The notes: generated by a model from the sequence alone, not told the origin. Numbered from the stretch's first letter, positions 1 to 9,648 are shown. The stretch: 54,615 nt of DNA from an uncultured Chloroflexota bacterium (GCA_903925955.1 CAIYHO010000155.1:1-54615); one strand, 5' to 3'. A program made the numbers and translations.

Positions 1-871
1 CGGCAAAGGCGAAGCTGAACACGGCGATTGAGCCTGGCTCCAGGTTTGAGGCCATGTAGGTCACGGCGAGGAAGATGAGCTGGGTGGCACCCAGACCCAG
101 CGCCCGCGGCCCCAAGAGCGTGATGGCGCGTCGCGTCTGCGAGTCCTTCAGGTCCACCATCGGGCGGAGCTGCGCCCGCGCCTTCAGCAGCCCGGGGATC
201 TGGACCAGCACGTTGCCGATCGATCCCAGCACCACGCCCACGGCCAGGCCGGCCACGCCCATCTGCGGCACCAGTAGCAGCGCGCCAAGGATGATTGCGC
301 TGTTGTAGGCAAGCGGCGCAACGGCGCCCTCGGTGAAGCGGCCGGCCGCATTGAGGACCGTGGTGGCAATGGCGCCTGCGGCCAGAAAGAGCGGGCTCAG
401 CAGCATGATCTGGGTCAGCTGCACGGTCTGCGCCACTTGGGCGTCGGCAAAGCCCGGGGTTGTCATGGGCACAAGGATCGGCGCCAGGAGGCCCGCCACC
501 ACAACGAGTGCCGTGAGCACGCCTACAAGCAGCGTGGCGATAGTGGACGCAACCCGCCAAGCCCGGGCATCCTCGCCAGAGGCAAACAGCGACGCGAGCA
601 CCGGGATGAGTGCCGCCGCAAGCGCCCCCGCGGCAACCAGCTGGAACAGGAAGTCAGGGATCCGGAACGCTGCAAAGAACGCGTCAAGGCTGGCGGTGTC
701 GTGCACCACCTTCGCAATGACGACATAGCGGACGTAGCCCAGGATCCGCGACACCAGCGACGCCACGGTCACGATGAGCCCGGCTGCTGCCAGCGTTCGC
801 CCGGATGCCCGCGCACCCGTGGGCGCCGCTGCGACCGCCCCTTCCTCGGGGTCCAGTGTCGTCTCGTCCAT
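1..871 (-). CDS. murJ: Lipid II flippase MurJ (3' part runs off the window start)
   Basis: Manual translation from ATG 871: MDETT...TVASLVSRILGYVRYVVIA...DAFFAAFRIPDFLFQLVAAGAL..., the typical MviN/MurJ N-terminus with many TM segments. TGATG overlap with the xerC stop. Confidence 0.93.
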   Translation of the reverse strand, partial: MDETTLDPEEGAVAAAPTGARASGRTLAAAGLIVTVASLVSRILGYVRYVVIAKVVHDTASLDAFFAAFRIPDFLFQLVAAGALAAALIPVLASLFASGEDARAWRVASTIATLLVGVLTALVVVAGLLAPILVPMTTPGFADAQVAQTVQLTQIMLLSPLFLAAGAIATTVLNAAGRFTEGAVAPLAYNSAIILGALLLVPQMGVAGLAVGVVLGSIGNVLVQIPGLLKARAQLRPMVDLKDSQTRRAITLLGPRALGLGATQLIFLAVTYMASNLEPGSIAVFSFAFA

Positions 872-1863
872 CACGGCTGCGCCCTCGCTCGCGGATGCGC
901 CTGCCGGTAGGCATCGCGGAGGCGCGTGGGAGAGACGTGCGTATAGATCTGTGTTGTGGCGAGGCTCTCGTGGCCAAGCAACTCCTGGACAACGCGCAGG
1001 TCCGCGCCACCGTCGAGCAGATGCGTCGCAAAGCTGTGGCGCAGCGTGTGCGGGCTCACGCCTTCGGGCAGGTCCGCTGCGCGGAACAGGCCGTCCAGAC
1101 GCATGCGCATCCCGCGCACGCCAAGTGGTCCACCGCGGTGGTTGAGGAAGACCTCGGCAGGGGCTGGCCCCGCATCGGCTCCGGCCGCCGCCGGCCGGCG
1201 TGCCGCAAGAACCGGGCGCGCGTCATCGAGATAGTCTCGCAGCGCCTCGCGCGCCGGCCGCCCCAGCAGCCCGATGCGCTCCTTGCGTCCCTTGCCCAAC
1301 ACGCGCACCTCGCCCCGCCGCAGGTCGAGGCGACCCAGGTCTGCCGCTGCCAGCTCGCTGATGCGAAGCCCTGCCGCGTACGCCGTCTCGACAAGCGCGC
1401 GATCCCGAAGCGCAAGCGCATGGGCAAGCTCCGGATCGCGCCGGACGGTGGCGCGCCCGTCACCAGGTGCGGCCGCACCCAGGGCGAGCCCCTCATCGAC
1501 AGCCGCGAGCAGCCGCTCCACCTGCTCCACCTCAAGCACCTTGGGCAGCCGACGAGGCAGCCGAGGCGTGGCGAGCGCGCCCCACGGATCGCCTGGGGCG
1601 AGGTCCTCGCGGGCCGCGTAGCGGTGAAACGTGCGGAGAGCTGCGAGGCGCTGCGCAACCGACGAGCGCTCGTGCCCATCGCCCAAGACGCCCATATAGG
1701 CGCGCAGCTGGCCCTTGGCCGGCGTACGCCAGTCGATCCCGTGATCCGCAAGCCACGCCAGATAGGCCGTCACGGTTGCAGAGTAGGAGCGCACCGTCTC
1801 CGGCGACACGTCACGCGCCTCGAGCGTCCGCACGAACCAGCGGAGTGCCTCTGGGCCGGTCAC
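871..1863 (-). CDS. xerC: Tyrosine recombinase XerC-like
   Basis: Motifs GLRISEL, VLGKGRKER, PHTLRHSFATHLL, VQELLGH, TTQIYTH. Downstream of topA as in conserved synteny. Start chosen at GTG 1863. Confidence 0.92.
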   Translation of the reverse strand: MTGPEALRWFVRTLEARDVSPETVRSYSATVTAYLAWLADHGIDWRTPAKGQLRAYMGVLGDGHERSSVAQRLAALRTFHRYAAREDLAPGDPWGALATPRLPRRLPKVLEVEQVERLLAAVDEGLALGAAAPGDGRATVRRDPELAHALALRDRALVETAYAAGLRISELAAADLGRLDLRRGEVRVLGKGRKERIGLLGRPAREALRDYLDDARPVLAARRPAAAGADAGPAPAEVFLNHRGGPLGVRGMRMRLDGLFRAADLPEGVSPHTLRHSFATHLLDGGADLRVVQELLGHESLATTQIYTHVSPTRLRDAYRQAHPRARAQP

Positions 1864-1879
1864 GCGTGAGCGCCGCGGG

Positions 1880-4324
1880 TCACGCCGGTGGCTGCCGCGG
1901 TCCGGCCGCCTTTGTCCCCCGCGCCCGCGTTGTCCCGGCGCTGGCTGTCTTCCGGGGGGCGGCGGGCTTGCGTCCGCCGGTGCTCCCGCCGCGGCCCCGA
2001 CGCGCGGGTCTGACAAGCGCTTCGGGGTTTGCCGGGCCGCCCACGAAGACGCGTCCAACAACGTCGCCCTCAGGCAGCTCCACCGCCGAGCCGCAGGTCA
2101 GGCAAAGCCCGCCTTCGGTCTGCTTGACGATAGAGCCCTGGCCCTCGTCATGACCCTCATGGGCGGCGCCAACGGGCTCAAAGTTTGTGGTGAAGTCGCA
2201 CCGCGGATACCCGGAACAACCCCAGAACACGTTGCCGGTCCGGCGCACGCGCCGGGCGACAAGGTGACCCTTGCCATCCTTGGGACACGCGACCTCAAAG
2301 GGCAGCTGGTCGGGCGGCGGGGGGCCGTCGCGCTGGATGTACTTGCAGTCCGGATAGCGGTTGCAGCCGACAAATGGCCCAAACCGGCCGCGCTTGGCGG
2401 CAAGGACGCCCTCACCGCACTCGGGGCACGGGCCACCGGTGCCCGGCAGGACAAGTTCCTCCTGCTCCTGGCCCGGCAGCGGATGCGTCTCCTTGTGGTC
2501 GGGATACGTGGAGCAGGCGACGAACTTCCCGTTGCGGCCAAGGCGGATCACCATCGGGTGCCCCTCGGAGCAGACCTCGTCCGTCTCCTCGGTGGTCACG
2601 TCCTTGCGGGTGACCTCCTTGCGAACCTTGTCCACCTGCTCCTTGAGCGGCCCGAAGAACTCGGCCAACAGCGGCACCCAGGCACGCTCGCCGGCGGCAA
2701 CCTCATCGAGGTCCGCTTCCATACGGGCGGTGAACCCAAGGTCCACGTATGTCTCGAAGTACTTCACCAGGAAGTCCGTGACGATCTCGCCAATCTCCTC
2801 AGGACGGAGCCGCCGCTCCTCCACCCTGACGTACCCGCGGTCCACGATTGTGGAGATGGTGGCGGCGTACGTGGACGGGCGGCCGATGCCGTGCTCCTCG
2901 AGCGCCTTGATCAGCGTTGCCTCGGTGTAGCGCGGCGGCGGCTCGGTGAAGTGCTGGGTGGGGGTGACGGCAAGGACGCTGGTCCGGTCACCCTCCTTGA
3001 CCACCGGCAGGGAGCCCTCGGCCTCATCGCCCGCCGCGTCGTCACGCCCCTCGGTGTAGACCCGGGTGAAGCCGTCAAACAGCGTCCGTGACGCCGATGC
3101 GCGCAGACGGTAGTCGCCAGCCACCAGTTCAACCGTGGTGGTCTCAAGCGTCTTGGCCGCCATCTGCGAGGCGATGGCCCGCTGCCAGATCAGCCGGTAG
3201 AGCTTGAGCTCCTCGGCCTTGAGCACGCCTTGCAGACTGTCCGGGTCACGATCAAACGAGGTGGGCCGGATGGACTCGTGCGCCTCTTGGGCGCCCTTCT
3301 GCTTGCTCTTGTAGAAGCGGCCCTTGCCCGTACCGTAGTCGGGCCCAAAGCGCGACGTGATGACCTTCTGCGCCTCAGCCATGGCAACCCCGGCAATCGC
3401 GGTTGAGTCTGTGCGCATGTAGGTGATCAGGCCAACCTGGCCGTCTGGCGTCTCAACGCCTTCGTAGAGCCGCTGGGCAACCGACATGGTGCGCTTCGGG
3501 TTGAACCCGAGCTTGCGGCTTGCCTCCTGCTGGAGGGTGCTGGTGGTGAACGGCGGCGCCGGGTTGCGCTTGGACGGCCGTGTGGCAACCGAGTCCACAA
3601 CCGGCTCGAGCCCCTGCAGCGCGGCGACATGGCGGGCCGCCGTGTCTTCGTCGGCGACTTCGAGGGCTTTCCCCTTGATCCGCACCAGTTCGGCGGCAAA
3701 CTCGGCGCCCTCTGCGGTGCGCAGCAGCGCCTCGAGCGTCCAGTACTCGCGAGCCGTGAAGGCGCGGATGTCGCGCTCCCGCTCCACAACCATGCGCACT
3801 GCCACGGACTGCACGCGCCCAGCCGACAACCCGCCGCGGACCTTGCGCGAGAGCAGCGGGCTGAGCGTGTAGCCCACCAGGCGATCCACGATCCGGCGCG
3901 CCTGCTGGGCGTCAACCAAGTGGCGGTCGATCTCCCGGGGATGGGCGAAGGCTTCGCGGATGGCCCCCTCGGTGATCTCGTTGAACGTGACGCGGTGCGT
4001 CTTGGTGATTGGGATGCCGGCCGCCTCGGCCACGTGCCACGCAATGGCCTCGCCTTCTCGGTCAAGGTCTGTGGCCAGAAAGACGTCTACTGCGGAACGT
4101 GCCGCCTTGGAAATCTGGTCAACCTGGCGGCGGCGATCCTCTGGAACCACGTACTCGGGTGCGAAGTCGTGGTCCACGTCCACGCCAAATTTGCCCTTGC
4201 CCGGGTTCTCGGGCAGGTCCCGGACGTGACCGTACGAGGCGAGAACTTGGTAGTCCTCACCGAGGTAGCGCTCAATGGTCCGCGCCTTGGCGGGAGACTC
4301 CACGATGACAAGGTGTTTGGGCAT
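1880..4324 (-). CDS. topA: DNA topoisomerase I (type IA) with C-terminal zinc ribbons
   Basis: LVIVESPAKA, ATDLDREGE, SAGRVQS, ITYMRTDS, GIGRPSTYA; Cys-rich C-terminal ribbons. Start ATG 4324. Confidence 0.97.
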   Translation of the reverse strand: MPKHLVIVESPAKARTIERYLGEDYQVLASYGHVRDLPENPGKGKFGVDVDHDFAPEYVVPEDRRRQVDQISKAARSAVDVFLATDLDREGEAIAWHVAEAAGIPITKTHRVTFNEITEGAIREAFAHPREIDRHLVDAQQARRIVDRLVGYTLSPLLSRKVRGGLSAGRVQSVAVRMVVERERDIRAFTAREYWTLEALLRTAEGAEFAAELVRIKGKALEVADEDTAARHVAALQGLEPVVDSVATRPSKRNPAPPFTTSTLQQEASRKLGFNPKRTMSVAQRLYEGVETPDGQVGLITYMRTDSTAIAGVAMAEAQKVITSRFGPDYGTGKGRFYKSKQKGAQEAHESIRPTSFDRDPDSLQGVLKAEELKLYRLIWQRAIASQMAAKTLETTTVELVAGDYRLRASASRTLFDGFTRVYTEGRDDAAGDEAEGSLPVVKEGDRTSVLAVTPTQHFTEPPPRYTEATLIKALEEHGIGRPSTYAATISTIVDRGYVRVEERRLRPEEIGEIVTDFLVKYFETYVDLGFTARMEADLDEVAAGERAWVPLLAEFFGPLKEQVDKVRKEVTRKDVTTEETDEVCSEGHPMVIRLGRNGKFVACSTYPDHKETHPLPGQEQEELVLPGTGGPCPECGEGVLAAKRGRFGPFVGCNRYPDCKYIQRDGPPPPDQLPFEVACPKDGKGHLVARRVRRTGNVFWGCSGYPRCDFTTNFEPVGAAHEGHDEGQGSIVKQTEGGLCLTCGSAVELPEGDVVGRVFVGGPANPEALVRPARRGRGGSTGGRKPAAPRKTASAGTTRARGTKAAGPRQPPA

Positions 4325-4334
4325 GGCGGCCGGG

Positions 4335-4368
4335 AGTGTAGCAAAGGGGGTTGCATCCGCCACTTATC
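4335..4368 (-). promoter_or_regulatory. Putative topA promoter: extended -10 (TGcTACACT) plus a GATAAGTGGCG motif near -35
   Basis: TACACT at 4335-4340, 10 nt before the ATG; no SD. The motif at 4358-4368 matches the comM upstream repeats. Confidence 0.6.
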
Positions 4369-4420
4369 TGCGGCGGGGTGAGCCGATGCGAACCATCCGC
4401 CGGCACAGTGATTCGGGCGC

Positions 4421-4470
4421 GCGCGCTGGGATCGGCCGGGTCCGGCCGGGTGCGGCTGGGTGTGCCCGGG
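4421..4470. repeat. Degenerate 10-bp tandem repeat (about 5 units, consensus tccggccggg)
   Basis: gcgcgctggg/atcggccggg/tccggccggg/tgcggctggg/tgtgcccggg. Confidence 0.55.
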
Positions 4471-4480
4471 TCCGCCGGAC

Positions 4481-4873
4481 CTAGATGTCGCGGATGCGCC
4501 GAAGGAAGTCCTCGTCGATCTCAATCTCGCCGTCGGGCGCGGGCGCAGGCTCGGGCTCCACGTCCGTCATCGGCACCAGCGCCGATCCGGCGGGCTCCGG
4601 CGTCCACGTTCCCAGGCTGTCCATCGACACGTCGCCATCACCCGCCTCGGCGCGGTGGCGGGCGATCGCCGCCTGCGAGATCTCCAGAAAGCGGATTGAC
4701 AGATACGGGAAGTAGAAGACGGACTCAGAGCGGTCAATGAAGATTGGACGCTTGCCATCCACGGTGCGCACGTTGGTGCACACCAGCCCTGCGTCCCCCG
4801 CCGTGGGCGCGCCAAACAGGTCCGCAAGCAGCGGCTGTTCGTTGTTGATGTGGACGACGACGTCACGGATCAC
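4481..4873 (-). CDS. Hypothetical protein: small beta-rich domain, acidic linker, C-terminal DEDFLRRIRDI peptide
   Basis: Protein-like composition from GTG 4873 (VIRDVVVHINNEQPLLADL...). Confidence 0.75.
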   Translation of the reverse strand: MIRDVVVHINNEQPLLADLFGAPTAGDAGLVCTNVRTVDGKRPIFIDRSESVFYFPYLSIRFLEISQAAIARHRAEAGDGDVSMDSLGTWTPEPAGSALVPMTDVEPEPAPAPDGEIEIDEDFLRRIRDI

Positions 4874-4952
4874 AGCGCCATACTCCCACCTGCGGGCCAC
4901 CCCGCTGCCAAGCCGAAGGTCCGGGTGCGTCCCATGCGACAGTCCCGAGACG

Positions 4953-6545
4953 TCAGGGGTAGAAGTCCACCACCAGCCGACAGTGGCCGTTGGCAACCCA
5001 GACACCGATCCCCACGTGGCGATACGCCGGGTTCATCAGGTTTACGTAGTGCCCACCGCCGTAGCCCTCAGCCTGGAAGTACCGGTGGTCCGCAAGCATG
5101 GCGCGATACGGGCTCTGGTCGCCACAGCCGATGTTCTCGGCCACGGGCATCGCGGTGTACCCGGCGCGTCGGAGCCGGTCCCACGGCGCACCGTCAAACC
5201 AGTGGTTGCACAGCCCGCGGACCGCGAGGAACTTCGCGTAGGGCCGGGCAACGCGTGCCGAGATGCCGGGATCGATCACAAGCGGCGCCACATTGCGGCC
5301 GCCGGGCGAGGCGCAGGTTGCTGAGGTGGTCACGATCCCGCCCAGTCGCGTGCAGTTCATCAGCTTGAGGTAGTACGCCTCAACGGCCGCCCAGGTGCCC
5401 GCCACCGCACCGCCACCGCCGGAGTGCGGGATGGGCACGACGGTCTTCTTTGGCTTGGGGGCCACGGTGAACTTGCCGGTGTCAGCGGCGGCAAGCGGGG
5501 CGAGCGCCTTTGAGCGCGCGGTGTCGGCAACTGTCATCACCACGGTGGCGCTGTACGGAAGCACCGCCGACGGCTTGAAGACCAGGACGGTGTCCTTCTC
5601 GGCCCACGAGATCTTGCCGGACACACGCTTGCCGTTTGCGGTCACCGAGAAGGCTGCGGCCGTGGACTTGTGGTCCATGGCGGCCGTGAAGCGCACTGAG
5701 AGCACAGAGGCGCGGTCCATGCTCTTGCTCCCGTCAAGCGGTCTAAAGCGGACCACCTGCGGTGCCGTTGCCGTTCCGATTGTGAACGTTGGCACGGGCT
5801 CGAAGGGCACGCCGCTCACGTCGTGCAGGTTTGGCAGGGTGAGCGTGTACTTGACGCCCGGCGCAAGCGGCTCAGCAGGCGCAAACAGGAACTCCATGGC
5901 CGTCTCGCCGGCAGTCACCGTGCCCGCCAGCGCCGGCGACACCTGCAGCGATGCCTGCACGGCCGCAAGCGTTGCCTCGTGGTCGAGCGTGATGGCAAAC
6001 GCGGTGTCGAGGCGTGCTTTGCCCGCCGATGTCTTGGTGGCGTTGATCGTGCCCTTCGCCTGCCCTGCAGTCAGGACGACAGCTCGGACAGGGCCGGTCA
6101 GCGGTCCGCCATCAGCGCTCCGTGCCGTTGCGGCGATGGTGATGGTGTAGAGCGTGCCGGCTTCCCAGGCATCCACCGGCGTGACGGTGAGGGTCTTGCC
6201 TGCAGCGTCCCACGAGAACGTCACGGCGGCGTCTGGACTGATCCGCAGGGCCCCAGCAACGGTTGCCGTGTCCATCGGCGCGTCAAACGAGACGGTGAAC
6301 GGCGTGTGGAGGCCGTGGCCCGTCCCGACGGAGTCAAGCAGCTCGGCTGACACAGGCCGCAGCACGGTGGGCTGCAGGGCGGCACCGGGTGTTGGGCGAC
6401 TAAACCCGGCAAGCACCAGCGTGCCGATCACCATGACGGCGACCACGCCAAGGATTGGGCGCCGTCGAAGGTGCCCGCCAACCGTGCCAAGAAGCACGAG
6501 CGCCAGTGCAGGCGCGATGAGCAGCGCGTCGCTGAGCTTTCGCAT
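4953..6545 (-). CDS. Membrane-anchored protein with three Ig-like (Big_5-like) domains and a C-terminal CAP/SCP domain
   Basis: Two N-terminal hydrophobic segments; repeated F..PMD..(S/T)..AA / F.P...L.....YT motifs; CAP motifs AENIG, GHYVNLMNP.YRHVGIG; GGAGG SD before ATG 6545. Confidence 0.85.
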   Translation of the reverse strand: MRKLSDALLIAPALALVLLGTVGGHLRRRPILGVVAVMVIGTLVLAGFSRPTPGAALQPTVLRPVSAELLDSVGTGHGLHTPFTVSFDAPMDTATVAGALRISPDAAVTFSWDAAGKTLTVTPVDAWEAGTLYTITIAATARSADGGPLTGPVRAVVLTAGQAKGTINATKTSAGKARLDTAFAITLDHEATLAAVQASLQVSPALAGTVTAGETAMEFLFAPAEPLAPGVKYTLTLPNLHDVSGVPFEPVPTFTIGTATAPQVVRFRPLDGSKSMDRASVLSVRFTAAMDHKSTAAAFSVTANGKRVSGKISWAEKDTVLVFKPSAVLPYSATVVMTVADTARSKALAPLAAADTGKFTVAPKPKKTVVPIPHSGGGGAVAGTWAAVEAYYLKLMNCTRLGGIVTTSATCASPGGRNVAPLVIDPGISARVARPYAKFLAVRGLCNHWFDGAPWDRLRRAGYTAMPVAENIGCGDQSPYRAMLADHRYFQAEGYGGGHYVNLMNPAYRHVGIGVWVANGHCRLVVDFYP

Positions 6546-6722
6546 CAGGCCGCCTCCACGCTCGTCGGTCGTTGCCCGTCCCGTGAGTCGGTAGGTGCTG
6601 ACTGAGTGCCCGCCGTACCACGGCAGGCGGCCGCAGGGTAGCACCGCCTACTGCAGCGCGTCTACCGCGCGGCCCGGGCGCGGGGTCTTGCGGGCGCCGA
6701 CGCACGCCTGCCACGTGGCATT

Positions 6723-8009
6723 TCACGCGGCCGCAGAACCCGTTGGGCGATGGGGCGGGAGCGCCTTCCGGCGACCATCCGTTGCCCACGCACCCGATGG
6801 GTGATACCTGCCAAACGCCTCCACTACAAGACCCCGGTCCTCAAGCCCCGTGAGAACCCCCAGCACGGCCGCGCCCCGCAACCCCGTGCGCGCCACCAGC
6901 TCATCAACGCTTGAGGCGCCTCCAAGCAGAGCGGCTTTGACAGCCCTCCCGGCGGGCCCCAGCACACCGTCGCGCTCGCCTTCGTCCTGCCAGCGGCGCG
7001 CGTCGCTGACGTGTGGAGCCCTGCCAATCTCCAGGTCCTCAAGCAGTTCCGCCACGCCCACGACAATCCGCGCCTGCGGTCCGCCTTCACGCAAGAACGC
7101 AAGCGACCCGGCCACCGCAGGGTCGTCCATGCGGCCCGGCACGATGAACAATCCCCGTCCCTGCTCCAGGGCCCACGCAGCCGTGGTGAGCGCGCCGCTG
7201 CGGATCCCGGCCTCAACCACAACCGTTGCGTCTGCAAGCCCGCTGATGATCCGGTTTCGGCGCGGAAACGTGCCGCGCGTTGGCGTTGTGTCAGGTGCAA
7301 ACTCGCTGACCACCGCGCCACCTGTCTCAACGATGGACGCCGCCAGGCCGCGGTGGGCCGCCGGATAGAGATGGTCGTGGCCGCCGCCCATGACCGCAAC
7401 GGTTTGACCGCCCGCACGAACCGACGCCCCGTGCGCCGCGCCGTCCACGCCCAGAGCAAGCCCAGACACCACCACTGCGCCGCTGGCGGCCAGCGCCTCG
7501 CCAATCCGGGCAGCCGTGGCACGGCCCAAGCCCGTTGGGCGCCGCGTCCCCACCACCGCCACCGGGTGGGCGGCCTCAAGGGCGGCCGGGTCACCGCGCA
7601 CAAACAGGATGGGCGGTGGCAGCTCAACGCGGCGAAGGCGTGACGGATAGTCAGCATCCGCAAGGGTGACAACCCTCAGGCCGCTTCGCTCCACTCTTCG
7701 CAACTGCGGCCCCGGATCCCCAACCAGGGCGACTAGCTCCGCGGCTGCCCCAACGGTGAGCGACGGCGCCGCCCCGTCCGGGCCTGCGGTTGCCTCCACC
7801 AGCACCGCCACTGCCCCGGCGCCGGCGGCCGCCCCCGCAATTCCCACCGCGCTCCCAAAGGCCGTCAGCAGACGCCCAAACGACACGGGCCCAACCCCGG
7901 TGACACCTGCCACCACCACCCACGCGTCACGCTCGCTCAGCCGCGCGGGCCCGCCAGCGCCGTCGGGCACATCGCGACCAAGCGGTCCACGGGGTCCCAC
8001 GCCAAGCAT
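6723..8009 (-). CDS. dprA: DNA-processing protein DprA
   Basis: YPSRL, VAVVGTR, VVSGLALGVDGAAH, FPRRNRIISGL, VVEAG..SGAL; C-terminal winged helix. Confidence 0.96.
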   Translation of the reverse strand: MLGVGPRGPLGRDVPDGAGGPARLSERDAWVVVAGVTGVGPVSFGRLLTAFGSAVGIAGAAAGAGAVAVLVEATAGPDGAAPSLTVGAAAELVALVGDPGPQLRRVERSGLRVVTLADADYPSRLRRVELPPPILFVRGDPAALEAAHPVAVVGTRRPTGLGRATAARIGEALAASGAVVVSGLALGVDGAAHGASVRAGGQTVAVMGGGHDHLYPAAHRGLAASIVETGGAVVSEFAPDTTPTRGTFPRRNRIISGLADATVVVEAGIRSGALTTAAWALEQGRGLFIVPGRMDDPAVAGSLAFLREGGPQARIVVGVAELLEDLEIGRAPHVSDARRWQDEGERDGVLGPAGRAVKAALLGGASSVDELVARTGLRGAAVLGVLTGLEDRGLVVEAFGRYHPSGAWATDGRRKALPPHRPTGSAAA

Positions 8010-9598
8010 CAGGCCGTCCGTCCCAGCGCGTGGGCGTCAACCGGGGCGCGGAACCGGGCCGCCTCGTCAAGATCCGCCGTCAGCACGCGCTCATGGCCCT
8101 CGATGTCTGCAATGGTCCGTGCGACCCGCAACAGGCGCTCCGTGCCCCTGCCCGAGAGCCCTTCCCGCTCCGCGAGCCGCACGGCACGGGCCCTTGTGAC
8201 GCCGTCGAGACCGCAGACCGCGGCCAGCGCCCGGCCCGAGAGCCGCCCGTTTGGCACCGGCCCACTCCGTTGGCGCTGGCGGGTCCGGGCTACCGCGATC
8301 CGCTGGGCCACCACCGCAGATGACTCAGGTTCCGGGCTCCGCAGCAGGACGTCCGGCGTCACGCGCTCCATGGGCACCCACAGGTCCAGCCGGTCGCGCA
8401 AGGGACCCGAAACCCGGCGCAGGTAGCGGGCTGGAGTGCCCGGCGGGCAACTGCACGCCCGGTCCGGTGAGCCAGCCTGTCCGCAGGGACACGGGTTCAT
8501 GGCGGCCACGAGGGTGAAGCGCGCCGGGAATGTGGCCCAGCGCCCAACGCGGACAACAGCGACGCTCCCCTCCTCCAGCGGCTGGCGCAGCGCCTCCAGC
8601 ACATCACGGCCAAACTCCGGGAGCTCATCGCAGACAAGGACCCCTTGGTCAGCGAGGGTCACCTCGCCAGGCGACAGGCGCGGACCCCCGCCCACCATGC
8701 CTGCGTACGACACCGTGTGATGCGGCGTCCGGACCGGCGGCCTTCGCACAAGGCGCTCCACGGGTACGTCCGACGCCACCGAGGCCACGATTGTGGCCTC
8801 AAGGGCTGACATGTCATCGAGGTCCGGAAGGAGCCCCGGGATGGTTCGCGCGATCAGCGTCTTGCCCGCGCCGGGCGGACCAATCATCAGCAGCGCGTGG
8901 CCGCCGGCAATTGCGATCTCCAACGCGCGCCGCGCCGTCGCCTGCCCACGCACATCCGCCAGATCCGTCGTCAGGGGATCCGCTGGCGCAGGGCCGGACA
9001 CACTCGCAGGGCCCGCGGCGGGATGCGGTTGGCTCTCTGCCGCCGACCCTCCAGCCCTTGGGAGTGGCCCCGGCACCGCCCGCTTGGCGCGGCCCGGACG
9101 AAGCGCAGCCACAGCGTCAGAAAGGGACTCGGCTTCCACAACCTCAACGCCCGGGGCCAGACGCGCCTCGGCAGCAGAGGCCGCTGGCACCACCACCGTT
9201 GTGACCCCCGTGTCCCGCAGGGCCAGCACCATCGGCAGGACACCGGGCACGCTGCGGACCTCGCCGCCGAGCCCAAGCTCACCGATGAGCGCCCAGCGGC
9301 CCGCGACAGCGCTGACCTGTTCGGACCCAAGGAGGATCCCGATGGCGATGGCGAGGTCCAGCGATGCGCCGGCCTTGCGGATCTCCGCCGGGGCCAGGTT
9401 GACGGTGATCCGCCGTGGCGGGTGGCGATATCCGGAGTTGCGCAACGCGCCCCGAACACGCTCCCGGGCCTCCGAGAGCGCCGCATCCGGCAGGCCGACA
9501 ATGGTGAACCCGGGCAATCCCGGCGCAACGTCAACCTCAACGCGGACGGCGCGGCCAGACAACCCGTGGAGCGTGGCGGATAGAACAACAGCAAGCAC
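8009..9598 (-). CDS. comM: YifB/ComM Mg-chelatase-like AAA+ ATPase
   Basis: GLPD..LSEARERVR, ITVNLAPA, GPPGAGKT, DELPEF, AAMNPCPCG, RVARTIAD; coupled to dprA. Confidence 0.95.
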   Translation of the reverse strand: MLAVVLSATLHGLSGRAVRVEVDVAPGLPGFTIVGLPDAALSEARERVRGALRNSGYRHPPRRITVNLAPAEIRKAGASLDLAIAIGILLGSEQVSAVAGRWALIGELGLGGEVRSVPGVLPMVLALRDTGVTTVVVPAASAAEARLAPGVEVVEAESLSDAVAALRPGRAKRAVPGPLPRAGGSAAESQPHPAAGPASVSGPAPADPLTTDLADVRGQATARRALEIAIAGGHALLMIGPPGAGKTLIARTIPGLLPDLDDMSALEATIVASVASDVPVERLVRRPPVRTPHHTVSYAGMVGGGPRLSPGEVTLADQGVLVCDELPEFGRDVLEALRQPLEEGSVAVVRVGRWATFPARFTLVAAMNPCPCGQAGSPDRACSCPPGTPARYLRRVSGPLRDRLDLWVPMERVTPDVLLRSPEPESSAVVAQRIAVARTRQRQRSGPVPNGRLSGRALAAVCGLDGVTRARAVRLAEREGLSGRGTERLLRVARTIADIEGHERVLTADLDEAARFRAPVDAHALGRTA

Positions 9599-9606
9599 GA
9601 GCGGAC

Positions 9607-9648
9607 AGTACGCACGGCCACTTATCGGCCACTTAGCGGCCCCTTATC
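9607..9648 (-). promoter_or_regulatory. comM-dprA promoter region with three 11-bp direct repeats
   Basis: ggccacttatc (9616-9626), ggccacttagc (9627-9637), ggccccttatc (9638-9648); -10-like CGTACT at 9607-9612. Confidence 0.7.

Noticed and set aside
871-1863. Tyrosine recombinase as a phage or integron integrase
   Set aside because: It has XerC-type motifs and size, lacks the IntI-specific insertion, and sits in the conserved dprA-topA-xerC context.
6709-6720. 12-bp palindrome TGCCACGTGGCA after the dprA stop
   Set aside because: A single occurrence with no supporting context, so it is plausible by chance.
9616-9648. Short tandem repeats as a mini-CRISPR or replication iterons
   Set aside because: The 11-bp units have no spacers, no rep or cas gene is nearby, and the position fits a promoter operator.
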